Source: an uncultured bacterium (GTDB taxonomy: Bacteria > CAYMEV01). From it: 59,807 bases of DNA. Location: positions 10,214 through 70,020 of the forward strand of contig CAYSKJ010000002.1 in the NCBI GenBank assembly GCA_964431655.1, in the 5' to 3' direction. Of this stretch, positions 20,512 to 29,649 are shown piece after piece. Under the pieces are notes generated by a model. The model was not told the origin of the DNA. It made no database searches and saw only the letters and a program-made list of their open reading frames with translations. Positions within the stretch are counted from its first letter, which is position 1; each line of letters starts with the position of its first letter. The position numbers and the translations under genes are program-made.

Positions 20512-21084
20512 TCATTCAGACCATTTCCCGTAAAATTCGCAGTAAGGGTCTCCTGAAGTAACGCACTTCTGCTGTATCATTCTGATAGTTTTTAAATGGC
20601 AGGCTTCTATTATACCCTCGCAATAGCCCATCATGGAAAAACAGAAGGCAATGTGGGGGGTCTTAAAATCATAAAGCCTTATACAGCCCGAATAAGGTTC
20701 TGCAGAGGATACCTCCAGCCATCCGTGATCATGGATCTGCTTCCACATTCTTGGTGCACGCATCAGGGTAAAAAGAGGATTACCAAGCCGAAGGAAAAGT
20801 GCCAGGGCTTTTGGCACACCTTTTAAGGCTTGATAATGGCCTATACTTCTGCATATTTCATAATTACCTTTTCCCAAAAGTCTGTCTGATGCTATCAGAA
20901 AATCTATATAGGCTTCTTCAGAATACCATGAACCTGATAAAATACTCCTGTCTAAAATCTCTTTTGATTCAGGCTCCAGAAGATCAATTATTCTCTTTAG
21001 AGCGCTTTCATCGTGTTTACAGGAGATATACTCTTTTGCAAGCCTTACAGATAACCCTCTGATATTTGCCTTGATATTTACGAT
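20512..21084 (-). CDS. V4R-like (4-vinyl-reductase / DUF2378-like) small ligand-binding protein; start codon unresolved
   Basis: C-terminal pattern CFSMMGYCEGIIEA...IQQKCVTSGDPYCEF matches V4R. The track starts at TTG 20877, but the frame stays open to 21108 with protein-like sequence (IKANIRGLSVRLAKEYI...GSWYSEEAYIDFL). AAGGAGA (21097-21091) lies 6 nt before an in-frame ATC (21084). There is no in-frame ATG/GTG/TTG upstream of 20877. Confidence 0.5.
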   Translation of the reverse strand: MVNIKANIRGLSVRLAKEYISCKHDESALKRIIDLLEPESKEILDRSILSGSWYSEEAYIDFLIASDRLLGKGNYEICRSIGHYQALKGVPKALALFLRLGNPLFTLMRAPRMWKQIHDHGWLEVSSAEPYSGCIRLYDFKTPHIAFCFSMMGYCEGIIEACHLKTIRMIQQKCVTSGDPYCEFYGKWSE

Positions 21085-21339
21085 TAGACTTCTCCTTCGT
21101 TTAACATTTTATACCAGTGCTTTCTATTTGTCAAAAGCTGGAATTAAAATTTTTGAAGGATATTTTCTGCTGCAATGTGCATTGCCGACAGAATGAAAGA
21201 AAAAATTGCCTTGAATGGTTTAATAGAAACCCGGAAGGAATCATTAAAATTACTTGTACCATGATTTGTTTAATAATTTAGGCTGTCAGATGCTGAGATT
21301 ATGGATCGATTCTATTATTTTCCGGAATCTTATAATTTT

Positions 21340-24300
21340 TTATCTAATATTTATTTTGAGTCTGTCAATCATCAGCTTATACTCATGATTCCTGCTTTTC
21401 GTATAGAGCTCATCAAGGCCTTTTAATGCTTTTGCTCTGCAGTTTTCAGAACCATTGAGAATATAGATTTCATAGTTTGCAAGTGCATTTGCCAGCAGGT
21501 CTTTTCCATGATTTTTAATGAGATTTCTTAAGGTATTCAATGCACTCTTTTTATCACTAAGAGCATTAATCTTTGCAAGGAGTATTTGCGAATCCAGCAG
21601 GAATCTTTCATTTGCCAGCTCCTGCGCAATCTTCTGAGCCTCAGAATTAAAATGGACGGCTGTCTCATAATCCCCGCTTTCAAATGAGATTTTGGCCCTT
21701 TCAATAAATAAAGCACATGTATCATATCTTACATTTACCTTTTTTGAAAGCTTTACTGATTTATCAATATAGCGCGATGCAATTTGAAGGTCATTTATTA
21801 TCCTGTAAATAGAGGCAATATTGCAGTATGCAAAACTTTCGGCCTTATAATCGCCTAATTCCTCTGCAATTCTGGCACTGGCCTTGTATAGCTCAATCGA
21901 TTTCTTATAACTGCCTTTCTGTTTATATAACAGGGCTTTGTACGAACTGATTTCGCATAATGCAGGTCTGTCGCCTATTTCTTCGGCTATTTTCCTGCTT
22001 TCTTCCATATATTCAAGGCTTTTCTTAAAATCGCCTTTTTCAATCAGTGTTTTGCCTATATTTGCTGTCGAAAGTATGATTCCCTTTTTGTTTCCAATCT
22101 CTTTTGCTGTTTTCAGCTGTATCTCAAAGTTTATTAATGCTTCATCAAGCCTGTCCATATCATAATATAATACCCCTATGTTCCCTGTGATAAGACCCAG
22201 GCCCAATTTATCTCCAATCTCAGCAAACAGGGTTTTGGCCTTCTCATAGCGTGCTAATGCTTCTTTCATATAGCCCTGGATATGGTATAGGATTCCAAGG
22301 TTGCCGTTTACCGTGCTTAAATTGCCCTTATCGCCTATCTCTTTGGATATTTCTTCTTTCATAAGATAATATTTTAATGCTTTGCCCATATCGCCGGTGT
22401 TTGAGTAAATGCGCCCTATACTGCCCAGCGCGCTGGCTGAATTCCTTTTATTTGCGTTTTTTAGAGCAGTTTCATAGGATGATTTAAAATACTCCATAGC
22501 CTTATCATATTTTCCCTGCTCAACATAAGCATTACCCATATTGCCTGAAGCTGAACTGACAGCATCCATATCGCCTGCTTCCTGGGCAGAATTAAGCTGA
22601 TTCATGAAGTACTGCCGCGCCTCATCATATTTATTCTGACGGAAATAGAGCTTTCCCATATTTCCGTAGGAGATTGCCATTTCATTTTTATTGCCGGTCT
22701 GCTCAGCAAGCTCAATAGTCTCTCTGCATAGCTTATAGGCCTCTTCCATCTCTCCTTTCATGTGGAGCGAATGGATAAGCTGGTTTTGATACCTTAACTG
22801 ATATATTTTGCTGTTCATGTCTTTCGCTTTTTTTATCAGTACCTTTAAGTCCCGCATGCACTGATCTGTTCTGCCGGTTAGATCAAGTATATCAATCCTG
22901 TAATAATTATATTCAAAGACCTTTTCGTTTTCATCACACATCTGCAGTAATGCATCAAAGCATTCCAGCGCTTTCTGATTCTCAAACCTTTTTTTGAAAT
23001 AGACGGCTGACTTGTTATAATATTCAATTGCTTTGCTCTTTTCTTCTGCATTATAATAATGATATGCAATCTCATAATATTTGTTCTCAGTATCCTTGTA
23101 AGCTCCTTCAATGGCCCTGGCTGCATATGAATGGAATTTTCTCAGCATTGACTTAAGCTGCATTTCATAAGCTGTTTTCTGCAGAAGCGCATGTTTGAAC
23201 ATATATTTGAGCAGGGACAGCTTCATCCATATGTTCTTATTCTCCAGCTGTTCGAGCTTTTCCTGTTCTTGAGCTGTTCCCGGAAACAGACTCAGGTTTT
23301 GTATAATCTCCATGAGTATGGCTATCTCAAACTCCCTTCCAAGTACTGACGCGACCTTCACTATCTGCTTTAAATCTGTTTCAAGCCTGTCAATCCTTGC
23401 AATGATTATCGAATAAATGCTTTCTGGAATTGATATATCCCGCAAGGCTTTGCCCATAAGCCTGTTTTCCTTGATATACTGGATTATCTGCTCAAGATAA
23501 AAGGGATTATTTTCTGCTTTTGAAATAATCAGCTTTTTCAGGGGTTCATCTGCTTTAATATGTTCATTAATCAATGATTCAGCTTCCTTATCGTTAAGCC
23601 TGTCAATGACTATCTCACGCTGTATTATCTCCTTGTCCACATTCAAAACCGGCCTTCCGCCATCATCACTGAAACGGCCTGTTCCTGCAATCATAAAAGG
23701 ATAATCATTTCCCGACCTGCATAAAAGCCTTAATACATCCTGACTGCCTTCATCCAGATACTGAATGTCTTCTATGCATATTATCAGTGGCTTCAGCAGG
23801 CTTAATCCCTTTAACAGTTCATTATAGGCTGTCACAGTGTTTTCATACCTGCCCCTGGAGTCAAGGGATGAATAATAGGAATCATGGATGTCCAGACCCA
23901 GCTGTGCTGATATTACTGGCTTCAGCCTGACAAGCTCGCTCAGTATATTATCAGCCCTGGCATCCTTCAGTTTTTTAAGGCCTTTCAGTAAACGGCCATA
24001 GATCAGATTGAACTGCTCTGGATCTGATTTTCCTGACTGCCTGAAATAGTTCAGGGCAAAATACCTTAAAGGGTTGAAGCTTGTTTTTAGCAGACTATCC
24101 GACTGCATGACTGCAGAATATGCATTTTCGTTCCTGGAAAATTCCTCAAGCAGACGGCTTTTGCCAATTCCAGCTTCTCCGTAGATGATTGTAATGCCTC
24201 CGAATCTTCCGGCATATATCATTTCTGCGCTTTCTTTCAAGATTTTTAATTCGTCCTGCCTGCCTATCATTTTGTTCCTGCAGAGGGCCGGGCCCTGACC

Positions 24301-25560
24301 GCGGTTTTGTTCCATAAGCCTGTAAACCGGAATTGGCGTGCTTTTCCCCTTGAAAATCATTCTGCCTATATACCTGCTTTTGTAATCATTACTGACAGCC
24401 CCCGCCATAGACCGGGAAACCCATATCTCTCCCGCAGGCGCCCTGGACATAAACCTGGCTGCCTGGTTCACAGTGTCACTTAATGCTGTATACTCACATC
24501 TTTCATCTGTCCCGGTGAAACCTGTAAAGGCCATCCCAGAAGTCATGCCTGCTTTTATAGCCTCTCCCCAGGACGCTTTTACAGCTTTAATAAAATCAAC
24601 TGACCTTCTTATATTCCCCTCATAGTATACTGGTGCCCCGAAGATAATAAGTATTACGCCTCCTTTGTCTCCAAACTCTATCCGGTTAAAATAACCCCCG
24701 AAATCATCGCAGTATCCTATTATATCCTTTACCAGTCTATCAAGCTCAGCATGCTTTAATAAAGGAATTATTGATATAAAAACAGCTACCACCTTTCTGA
24801 ATTCACCGATCTGCTCACCCCGAAATATCTGTTCAGGAAAAAAGATGGATGCAATCTCCCCAGAAATAAAGGCAGGACTGAAGGGAACCTGAGGTATAAT
24901 CCTTCGCCATGAAGTTAATCTGTATCTTCTATCCCTTATAATTTCGGCTTTAACCTCTCCTTCTGAAAGCATGGTATCATCTATGACAATTTCTGAACCC
25001 TCGCAGAATTTCTGGTTTTCAATGCAGTTCTTTATTGCCTCGCCCCTGAAATAATAGACCCTGTGTCTGTCTCCAAGAATACCCCAATCCACATTACCCG
25101 ATGAGAGGCTTATTTTAAAGGAAAGCTCATAGGTTCCGAACCTGGTATTCTGGACTGCTATCTGTCCCAGCGTCTCTCTGATCTTTGATGAGCAGGATAA
25201 GGCCTCAAGAATCCCGATACCCTTAAAGATCACTGTAAATGCATCCCCGGCAAAACCGGACACAAATCCTCCAAAAAGGTGTATTGTGTTTATGAGTGGA
25301 TCAAAGACACGATTCAGGATCTTTGCAAGTATCTCAGCTCCCTCATTCCCTTTCTCCATAAGCTTCTCTGTCATGGGAGTAAAACCGGTAATGTCAAGAT
25401 GCATTACCACTGCATTGAAATCGCCCTCAAATTTTCCCGAAGAGAGCATTTCAGCTATAAAATGGGGAAGGAGATTCTTCATATCCTGTATTTTATTATG
25501 AAAAAGAAATATTATCAAGAACTCTGAATAAAGAATCCCATCTGTATTTATCACCGTCAT
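21340..25560 (-). CDS. Giant signalling protein: tandem class-III nucleotide-cyclase homology domains, a STAND/AAA_16 P-loop NTPase and about 12 TPR units
   Basis: CHD1 HLDITGFT / FAGDAFTVIF. CHD2 EYTALSDTVNQAARF / FKGKSTPIPVYRL. Walker A GEAGIGKS, Walker B LIICIEDIQYLDE. Long array of 40-aa TPRs (GNMGNAYVEQGKYDKAMEYF and similar). An alternative start at 25482 (MKNLLPHF) aligns with the paralogue's N-terminus, but 25560 has the better GGAG spacing. Confidence 0.85.
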   Translation of the reverse strand: MTVINTDGILYSEFLIIFLFHNKIQDMKNLLPHFIAEMLSSGKFEGDFNAVVMHLDITGFTPMTEKLMEKGNEGAEILAKILNRVFDPLINTIHLFGGFVSGFAGDAFTVIFKGIGILEALSCSSKIRETLGQIAVQNTRFGTYELSFKISLSSGNVDWGILGDRHRVYYFRGEAIKNCIENQKFCEGSEIVIDDTMLSEGEVKAEIIRDRRYRLTSWRRIIPQVPFSPAFISGEIASIFFPEQIFRGEQIGEFRKVVAVFISIIPLLKHAELDRLVKDIIGYCDDFGGYFNRIEFGDKGGVILIIFGAPVYYEGNIRRSVDFIKAVKASWGEAIKAGMTSGMAFTGFTGTDERCEYTALSDTVNQAARFMSRAPAGEIWVSRSMAGAVSNDYKSRYIGRMIFKGKSTPIPVYRLMEQNRGQGPALCRNKMIGRQDELKILKESAEMIYAGRFGGITIIYGEAGIGKSRLLEEFSRNENAYSAVMQSDSLLKTSFNPLRYFALNYFRQSGKSDPEQFNLIYGRLLKGLKKLKDARADNILSELVRLKPVISAQLGLDIHDSYYSSLDSRGRYENTVTAYNELLKGLSLLKPLIICIEDIQYLDEGSQDVLRLLCRSGNDYPFMIAGTGRFSDDGGRPVLNVDKEIIQREIVIDRLNDKEAESLINEHIKADEPLKKLIISKAENNPFYLEQIIQYIKENRLMGKALRDISIPESIYSIIIARIDRLETDLKQIVKVASVLGREFEIAILMEIIQNLSLFPGTAQEQEKLEQLENKNIWMKLSLLKYMFKHALLQKTAYEMQLKSMLRKFHSYAARAIEGAYKDTENKYYEIAYHYYNAEEKSKAIEYYNKSAVYFKKRFENQKALECFDALLQMCDENEKVFEYNYYRIDILDLTGRTDQCMRDLKVLIKKAKDMNSKIYQLRYQNQLIHSLHMKGEMEEAYKLCRETIELAEQTGNKNEMAISYGNMGKLYFRQNKYDEARQYFMNQLNSAQEAGDMDAVSSASGNMGNAYVEQGKYDKAMEYFKSSYETALKNANKRNSASALGSIGRIYSNTGDMGKALKYYLMKEEISKEIGDKGNLSTVNGNLGILYHIQGYMKEALARYEKAKTLFAEIGDKLGLGLITGNIGVLYYDMDRLDEALINFEIQLKTAKEIGNKKGIILSTANIGKTLIEKGDFKKSLEYMEESRKIAEEIGDRPALCEISSYKALLYKQKGSYKKSIELYKASARIAEELGDYKAESFAYCNIASIYRIINDLQIASRYIDKSVKLSKKVNVRYDTCALFIERAKISFESGDYETAVHFNSEAQKIAQELANERFLLDSQILLAKINALSDKKSALNTLRNLIKNHGKDLLANALANYEIYILNGSENCRAKALKGLDELYTKSRNHEYKLMIDRLKINIR

Positions 25561-25674
25561 TCAGCAGACTCCAGAACAGAGGAGATCAAACCTTAAGGTT
25601 AATCATCTCTTATGAAATACCGCTTTTGCAGTTAAATGAGTGTAAATGGAAAGCCTTTCAGAGAAATAAGAACC

Positions 25675-28600
25675 CTATTTTGCTCTGCCTTTTTTTATGG
25701 CTTCCTGGCATTCTTTAAGATCTTCCCTGTATCTCAAGGTGGCAGAATTATTACTGCCGAGCACAGACTCTGCAGTTTGAACGGCCTGCACAAATAAGGG
25801 TTCAGCATCTGAAAATCTACTCTGCTCCTTATACAGATTTGCCATATTGTTCAGGCTTTGTATAACATCCGGATGATTTTTACCCAGGACTGATTCTCTT
25901 ATCCTAAAAGAACGTTTATACATAGGTTCTGCCTCTGCATACCTGCCCTGCTCCTTATACAGATTTGCCAGGTTATGCAGGGCCCCTGCCACATAGGGAT
26001 GGTCTTTTCCTAAAGCAATTTCCCATATCTGCAGGGCGCGTTTATACATAGGCTCAGCTTCTGCATATTTTCCCTGATCCGCATAGAGAAGCGCCAGATT
26101 GTTCAGAGATTGTGCCACGCTTGAATGCTTTGTTCCCAGTACCTTCTCTCTTATCTGCAGGGAACGCATATAAAGAGATTCTGCTTCTGCATACCTGCCC
26201 TGTTCCCTATACAGGCCTGCCAGATTGTTCAGGGATCCTGCCACGTTTGGATGGCATTTTCCCAATGACTTTTCTCTTATCTCCAGGGAACGCTTATACA
26301 ATGACTCGGATTCTTCATATTTGCCCTGGTCCTTACAGAGATTTGCCAGACCATTCAGAGAACCTGTCACCAGTGGATGATATTTTCCCAATGACTTTTC
26401 TCTTATCCGCAGAGAACGCCTGAAAAGGGGCTCTGCTTCTTTATATCGGGCCTGTTCATGATAAAGGCTTGCCAGATTGCCCAAAACAACTGCCACATGT
26501 GGATGGTATTTTCCCAATGACTTTTCCCATATCTTAAGAGAGCGATAAAAAAGGGGCTCTGCTTCCCTGTATTTGCCCTGATCCTTATACAGGCTTGCCA
26601 GATTGTTCAGCGAAATTGCCACATCCGGATGCTTTTTCCCTAATGCCCTTTCAAATATCTGCAGAGAGCGATTATACAGAGGCTCTGCTTCTGCATGCCT
26701 GCCCTGGTGCCTGTACAGTTCAGCAAGGCTGTTCAGAGATCGTGCCACACTCGGATGATCTTTTCCCATTGTATCTTCTCTTATCTTCAGCGCACGCTTA
26801 TGAGGGAGTTCTGCTTTTTCATATTTACCCTGCCAGTAATATATTACTGCCAGGCTGTGCAGGGATGATGCCACTTCTGCATGGTCCTTGCCCAATACCT
26901 TTTCTCTAATCCTCAGTGCATGTTTATACAGCGGCTCTGCATCAGAATATTTTGCCTGACTCCTGTAAAGGTCTGCCAGGTTGGTAAGGGCTTGCGCTGT
27001 GTCAGGATGCTCAATCCCAAACAGCTTTTCCCGGATTTTCAGGGCCTTTTTTAAGAAAGTTTCTCCCTCGGTGAAGTTATATTTATCTCTGAACCAGCAG
27101 CCGGCTTTATCATAATAGAGCGCACACTTATCCATAATATCTGCCCTCTCATAGTGAAAAGCAATCTCCTGCGCATGTTCATCCATATTACCCCTATAAA
27201 CAGTCTGCATGGCTTCTGCAGCCAGATTATGCAGATTCTTCAGCCTACTGTACATTATTCTTAAATAGGCTGTGTCCTTGATCATGATATGGCTGAAGAT
27301 ATAGTGAAGCTCCTCCAGGTCTCTCCATATCATACTGGATTTTCCATATTCCAGATCACTGACCAGGGGCCTTTTAAGCATCTTTGAAAGTATATTCACG
27401 TTAAACTCCATTCCCAGAACAGATGCATTATATACACATTCACGGACATTCGCCGTTAACCGGTCTATACGGGAGCCTATAATATCGCTTATCCTGAAGG
27501 ATGCTACCGGGCCTGGCTCTCCTGCCATCATGCCTTCTCTATCTATCTTTTCAATCTCTGTAAGGTAGGCACAGAGCTGTTCTATGAAAAAAGGATTGCC
27601 CATCGCCCGTGAATTGATTATTCTGAAAGTATCCTGAGGCACCGTATCCAGCTTTAATATTTGCCTTATCATTTCTCTGCTGCTTTCCTCATCAAGCATG
27701 CCAAGGTTCCTGTCCATTTTTATGTGATTTTTTAAGCCCAGGTCAGGCTTGCTGCCATCATCGTGATACCGGCAGGAGCATATTATCTGCACCGGCTTTA
27801 TATCAGCCTGGCTAAGAGCCTGAAAATGTTCTTTGCTTTCTTCATCGATCCATTGTGAATCATCAAGGTGAATGACCACAGGCTTTTTTGCAGCAATCTG
27901 GGCCATGAAACGCAGAAAGGCCGTCCTTTGCTGTTTGGGCTTTTCAGGGGCAGGCAGTACGCTCCAGATGGATTTCTCCCATTCATAACCTATAATGGAT
28001 GCTATTATGGATTCAATGCGTAAAAGTTCCTCATTTTGCCCTGCAAGCAATTTCCATCGCATACGAAAGGAAATTATCCCCGACTGCTGGTCCTTTTCAG
28101 AATCAACAGAGAAATACTGACGGATAATCTGTTTAACAGGCTCCAGGGGTTTGCGGATAACGGAGTCGCAATAAAGAAAGAACCTGTAAAATTCCTGTTC
28201 TGGAAAGCTGCTGGTCAGCTCATGGCCCAGGCGGCTTTTGCCTATACCGGCATTACCATATATATAAACAGCCAGATTACTGTACCTGCCTAATGCTTCA
28301 TTTAAAGAATGCCTTAATTCTGTCAGGAACTTATCTCTCCCGGTAAAATTTGTCTGCCTTCCGATTTTTCTTTCAACCAGCTGTTTCTGCAGACTGTAGA
28401 CAGTTATGGCCTGTTTAATGCCTTTAAGCTGTACTGATCCTATTTTTTCAAAAAGGAACTTGTCCATCAGTTCCCCATATAAAAGACTGTCGGCTATAGC
28501 CTCACCGGGTCTTGCTATACTCATCAGACGCGCAGCCAGGTTGACAGGATCTCCCAGGGCTGTATATTCTTTTATATCGCCGCTTCCGGTATAACCGGCA

Positions 28601-29649
28601 TAGACATTACCCTTCGCCAGCCCTAAAGCCAACAGAGGAACATTAGTTACTGCCTCAATAGAGAAGCGGCAGATACGCTCCAGGGTTTTCTCCTCGCTTA
28701 TGGGCATGCCGAAAAGTATCAGGGCTACCATCCCTTTATCCGTAGCATCATATCTCGCGACAAATCCGCCGTATTTATCAGCCAGCTCCTGTATAGTTCC
28801 GATAGCTTCCTGCCTGTCTTTAACAGCTATCCTGCCCAGATTGGCAAAACAGAAGGCAGCGGGGCGGATCTCAGGCTGGGGACTCTCTATCTGGTATTTC
28901 GGGTTAATAAAACCTGACATGGCGGTGCTGTATCCTGAACATGCATATTTTTTTTCTGCAGCTCCATATTCTTTGATTTTTGTGTTTCCAGAGTAGATAT
29001 ATCCGTTTTTTTTGATTTTCAAGAAGCATTTTAACCCGATCTGACCTGCTGCATCTTTTGAAAAGACAAGGTCCTTTTTCAGGCCTGAAAGCTTTGCCAG
29101 GTCTTTTAAGGGTTTGCCATAAAAGACATATTCATTCTGCAGGCTGTTTTTGAATATCTTCCATTTAATCTCTCCATAGGATACGGTCTGCCTTATTTTT
29201 AATCTGATATCAGTAATAGAACTGCGATACTGACATACTGCTTTATCCCTGGAAAAGTTTGTAATCTTTATAACAGCATTAAGTATCCTGTTTTTATCGC
29301 TCATCATACCACTGTTATGACAGGATTCTGTTTTTTCCGCTTTTCCAGGTTCTGAATCCTGACTCCCGGATCCGGCTTCACCTGTGTTGGGAAAGACGGC
29401 ACAGAAGGCATCGCCTGCGAAGAGCGTCACAAAACCTCCATAAGATTCAACGATCCGGATAGGCTCGCCAAAGGCATGGTCAAGAAAAGCCCTTAGTTCC
29501 TCTGCACCCTGTTTGCCATGCTTGCTGAGCTGATTTGTTATAGGTGTAAAATCAGCAATGTCAAAAAACAGTGCAAAGCCGGAGAATTTGCCCTTAAGGA
29601 TATTGGCTTCATATTGCCGTAGAATAAACCTGGGTATATAACGCATCAT
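25675..29649 (-). CDS. Paralogous giant: tandem cyclase homology domains, a STAND/AAA_16 NTPase and about 10-11 kinesin-light-chain-type 42-aa TPR units
   Basis: CHD1 FFDIADFT / FAGDAFCAVF. CHD2 EYTALGDPVNLAARL / LKGIKQAITVYSL. Walker A GNAGIGKS, Walker B VVIHLDDSQWIDE. Repeats such as LNNLALLYADQGKYAEAEPMYKRALQIWEIALGKDHPYVA. AGGAGG precedes the ATG. Confidence 0.88.
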   Translation of the reverse strand: MMRYIPRFILRQYEANILKGKFSGFALFFDIADFTPITNQLSKHGKQGAEELRAFLDHAFGEPIRIVESYGGFVTLFAGDAFCAVFPNTGEAGSGSQDSEPGKAEKTESCHNSGMMSDKNRILNAVIKITNFSRDKAVCQYRSSITDIRLKIRQTVSYGEIKWKIFKNSLQNEYVFYGKPLKDLAKLSGLKKDLVFSKDAAGQIGLKCFLKIKKNGYIYSGNTKIKEYGAAEKKYACSGYSTAMSGFINPKYQIESPQPEIRPAAFCFANLGRIAVKDRQEAIGTIQELADKYGGFVARYDATDKGMVALILFGMPISEEKTLERICRFSIEAVTNVPLLALGLAKGNVYAGYTGSGDIKEYTALGDPVNLAARLMSIARPGEAIADSLLYGELMDKFLFEKIGSVQLKGIKQAITVYSLQKQLVERKIGRQTNFTGRDKFLTELRHSLNEALGRYSNLAVYIYGNAGIGKSRLGHELTSSFPEQEFYRFFLYCDSVIRKPLEPVKQIIRQYFSVDSEKDQQSGIISFRMRWKLLAGQNEELLRIESIIASIIGYEWEKSIWSVLPAPEKPKQQRTAFLRFMAQIAAKKPVVIHLDDSQWIDEESKEHFQALSQADIKPVQIICSCRYHDDGSKPDLGLKNHIKMDRNLGMLDEESSREMIRQILKLDTVPQDTFRIINSRAMGNPFFIEQLCAYLTEIEKIDREGMMAGEPGPVASFRISDIIGSRIDRLTANVRECVYNASVLGMEFNVNILSKMLKRPLVSDLEYGKSSMIWRDLEELHYIFSHIMIKDTAYLRIMYSRLKNLHNLAAEAMQTVYRGNMDEHAQEIAFHYERADIMDKCALYYDKAGCWFRDKYNFTEGETFLKKALKIREKLFGIEHPDTAQALTNLADLYRSQAKYSDAEPLYKHALRIREKVLGKDHAEVASSLHSLAVIYYWQGKYEKAELPHKRALKIREDTMGKDHPSVARSLNSLAELYRHQGRHAEAEPLYNRSLQIFERALGKKHPDVAISLNNLASLYKDQGKYREAEPLFYRSLKIWEKSLGKYHPHVAVVLGNLASLYHEQARYKEAEPLFRRSLRIREKSLGKYHPLVTGSLNGLANLCKDQGKYEESESLYKRSLEIREKSLGKCHPNVAGSLNNLAGLYREQGRYAEAESLYMRSLQIREKVLGTKHSSVAQSLNNLALLYADQGKYAEAEPMYKRALQIWEIALGKDHPYVAGALHNLANLYKEQGRYAEAEPMYKRSFRIRESVLGKNHPDVIQSLNNMANLYKEQSRFSDAEPLFVQAVQTAESVLGSNNSATLRYREDLKECQEAIKKGRAK
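25760..27070 (-). repeat. About ten or eleven tandem 126-bp (42-codon) coding repeats, the TPR array of the 1324-aa protein
   Basis: Periodic protein repeat ...GK.HP.VA.SLNNLA.LY..QG.Y.EAEPLY.RSL.I.EK.L... The antisense track ORFs at 26112-26423 and 26595-26909 are themselves internally repetitive. Boundaries are approximate. Confidence 0.8.

Noticed and set aside
25760-27070. Long periodic repeat as a satellite, CRISPR or non-coding array
   Set aside because: The 126-bp periodicity lies entirely inside an uninterrupted 1324-codon ORF and translates to canonical 42-aa TPR units.
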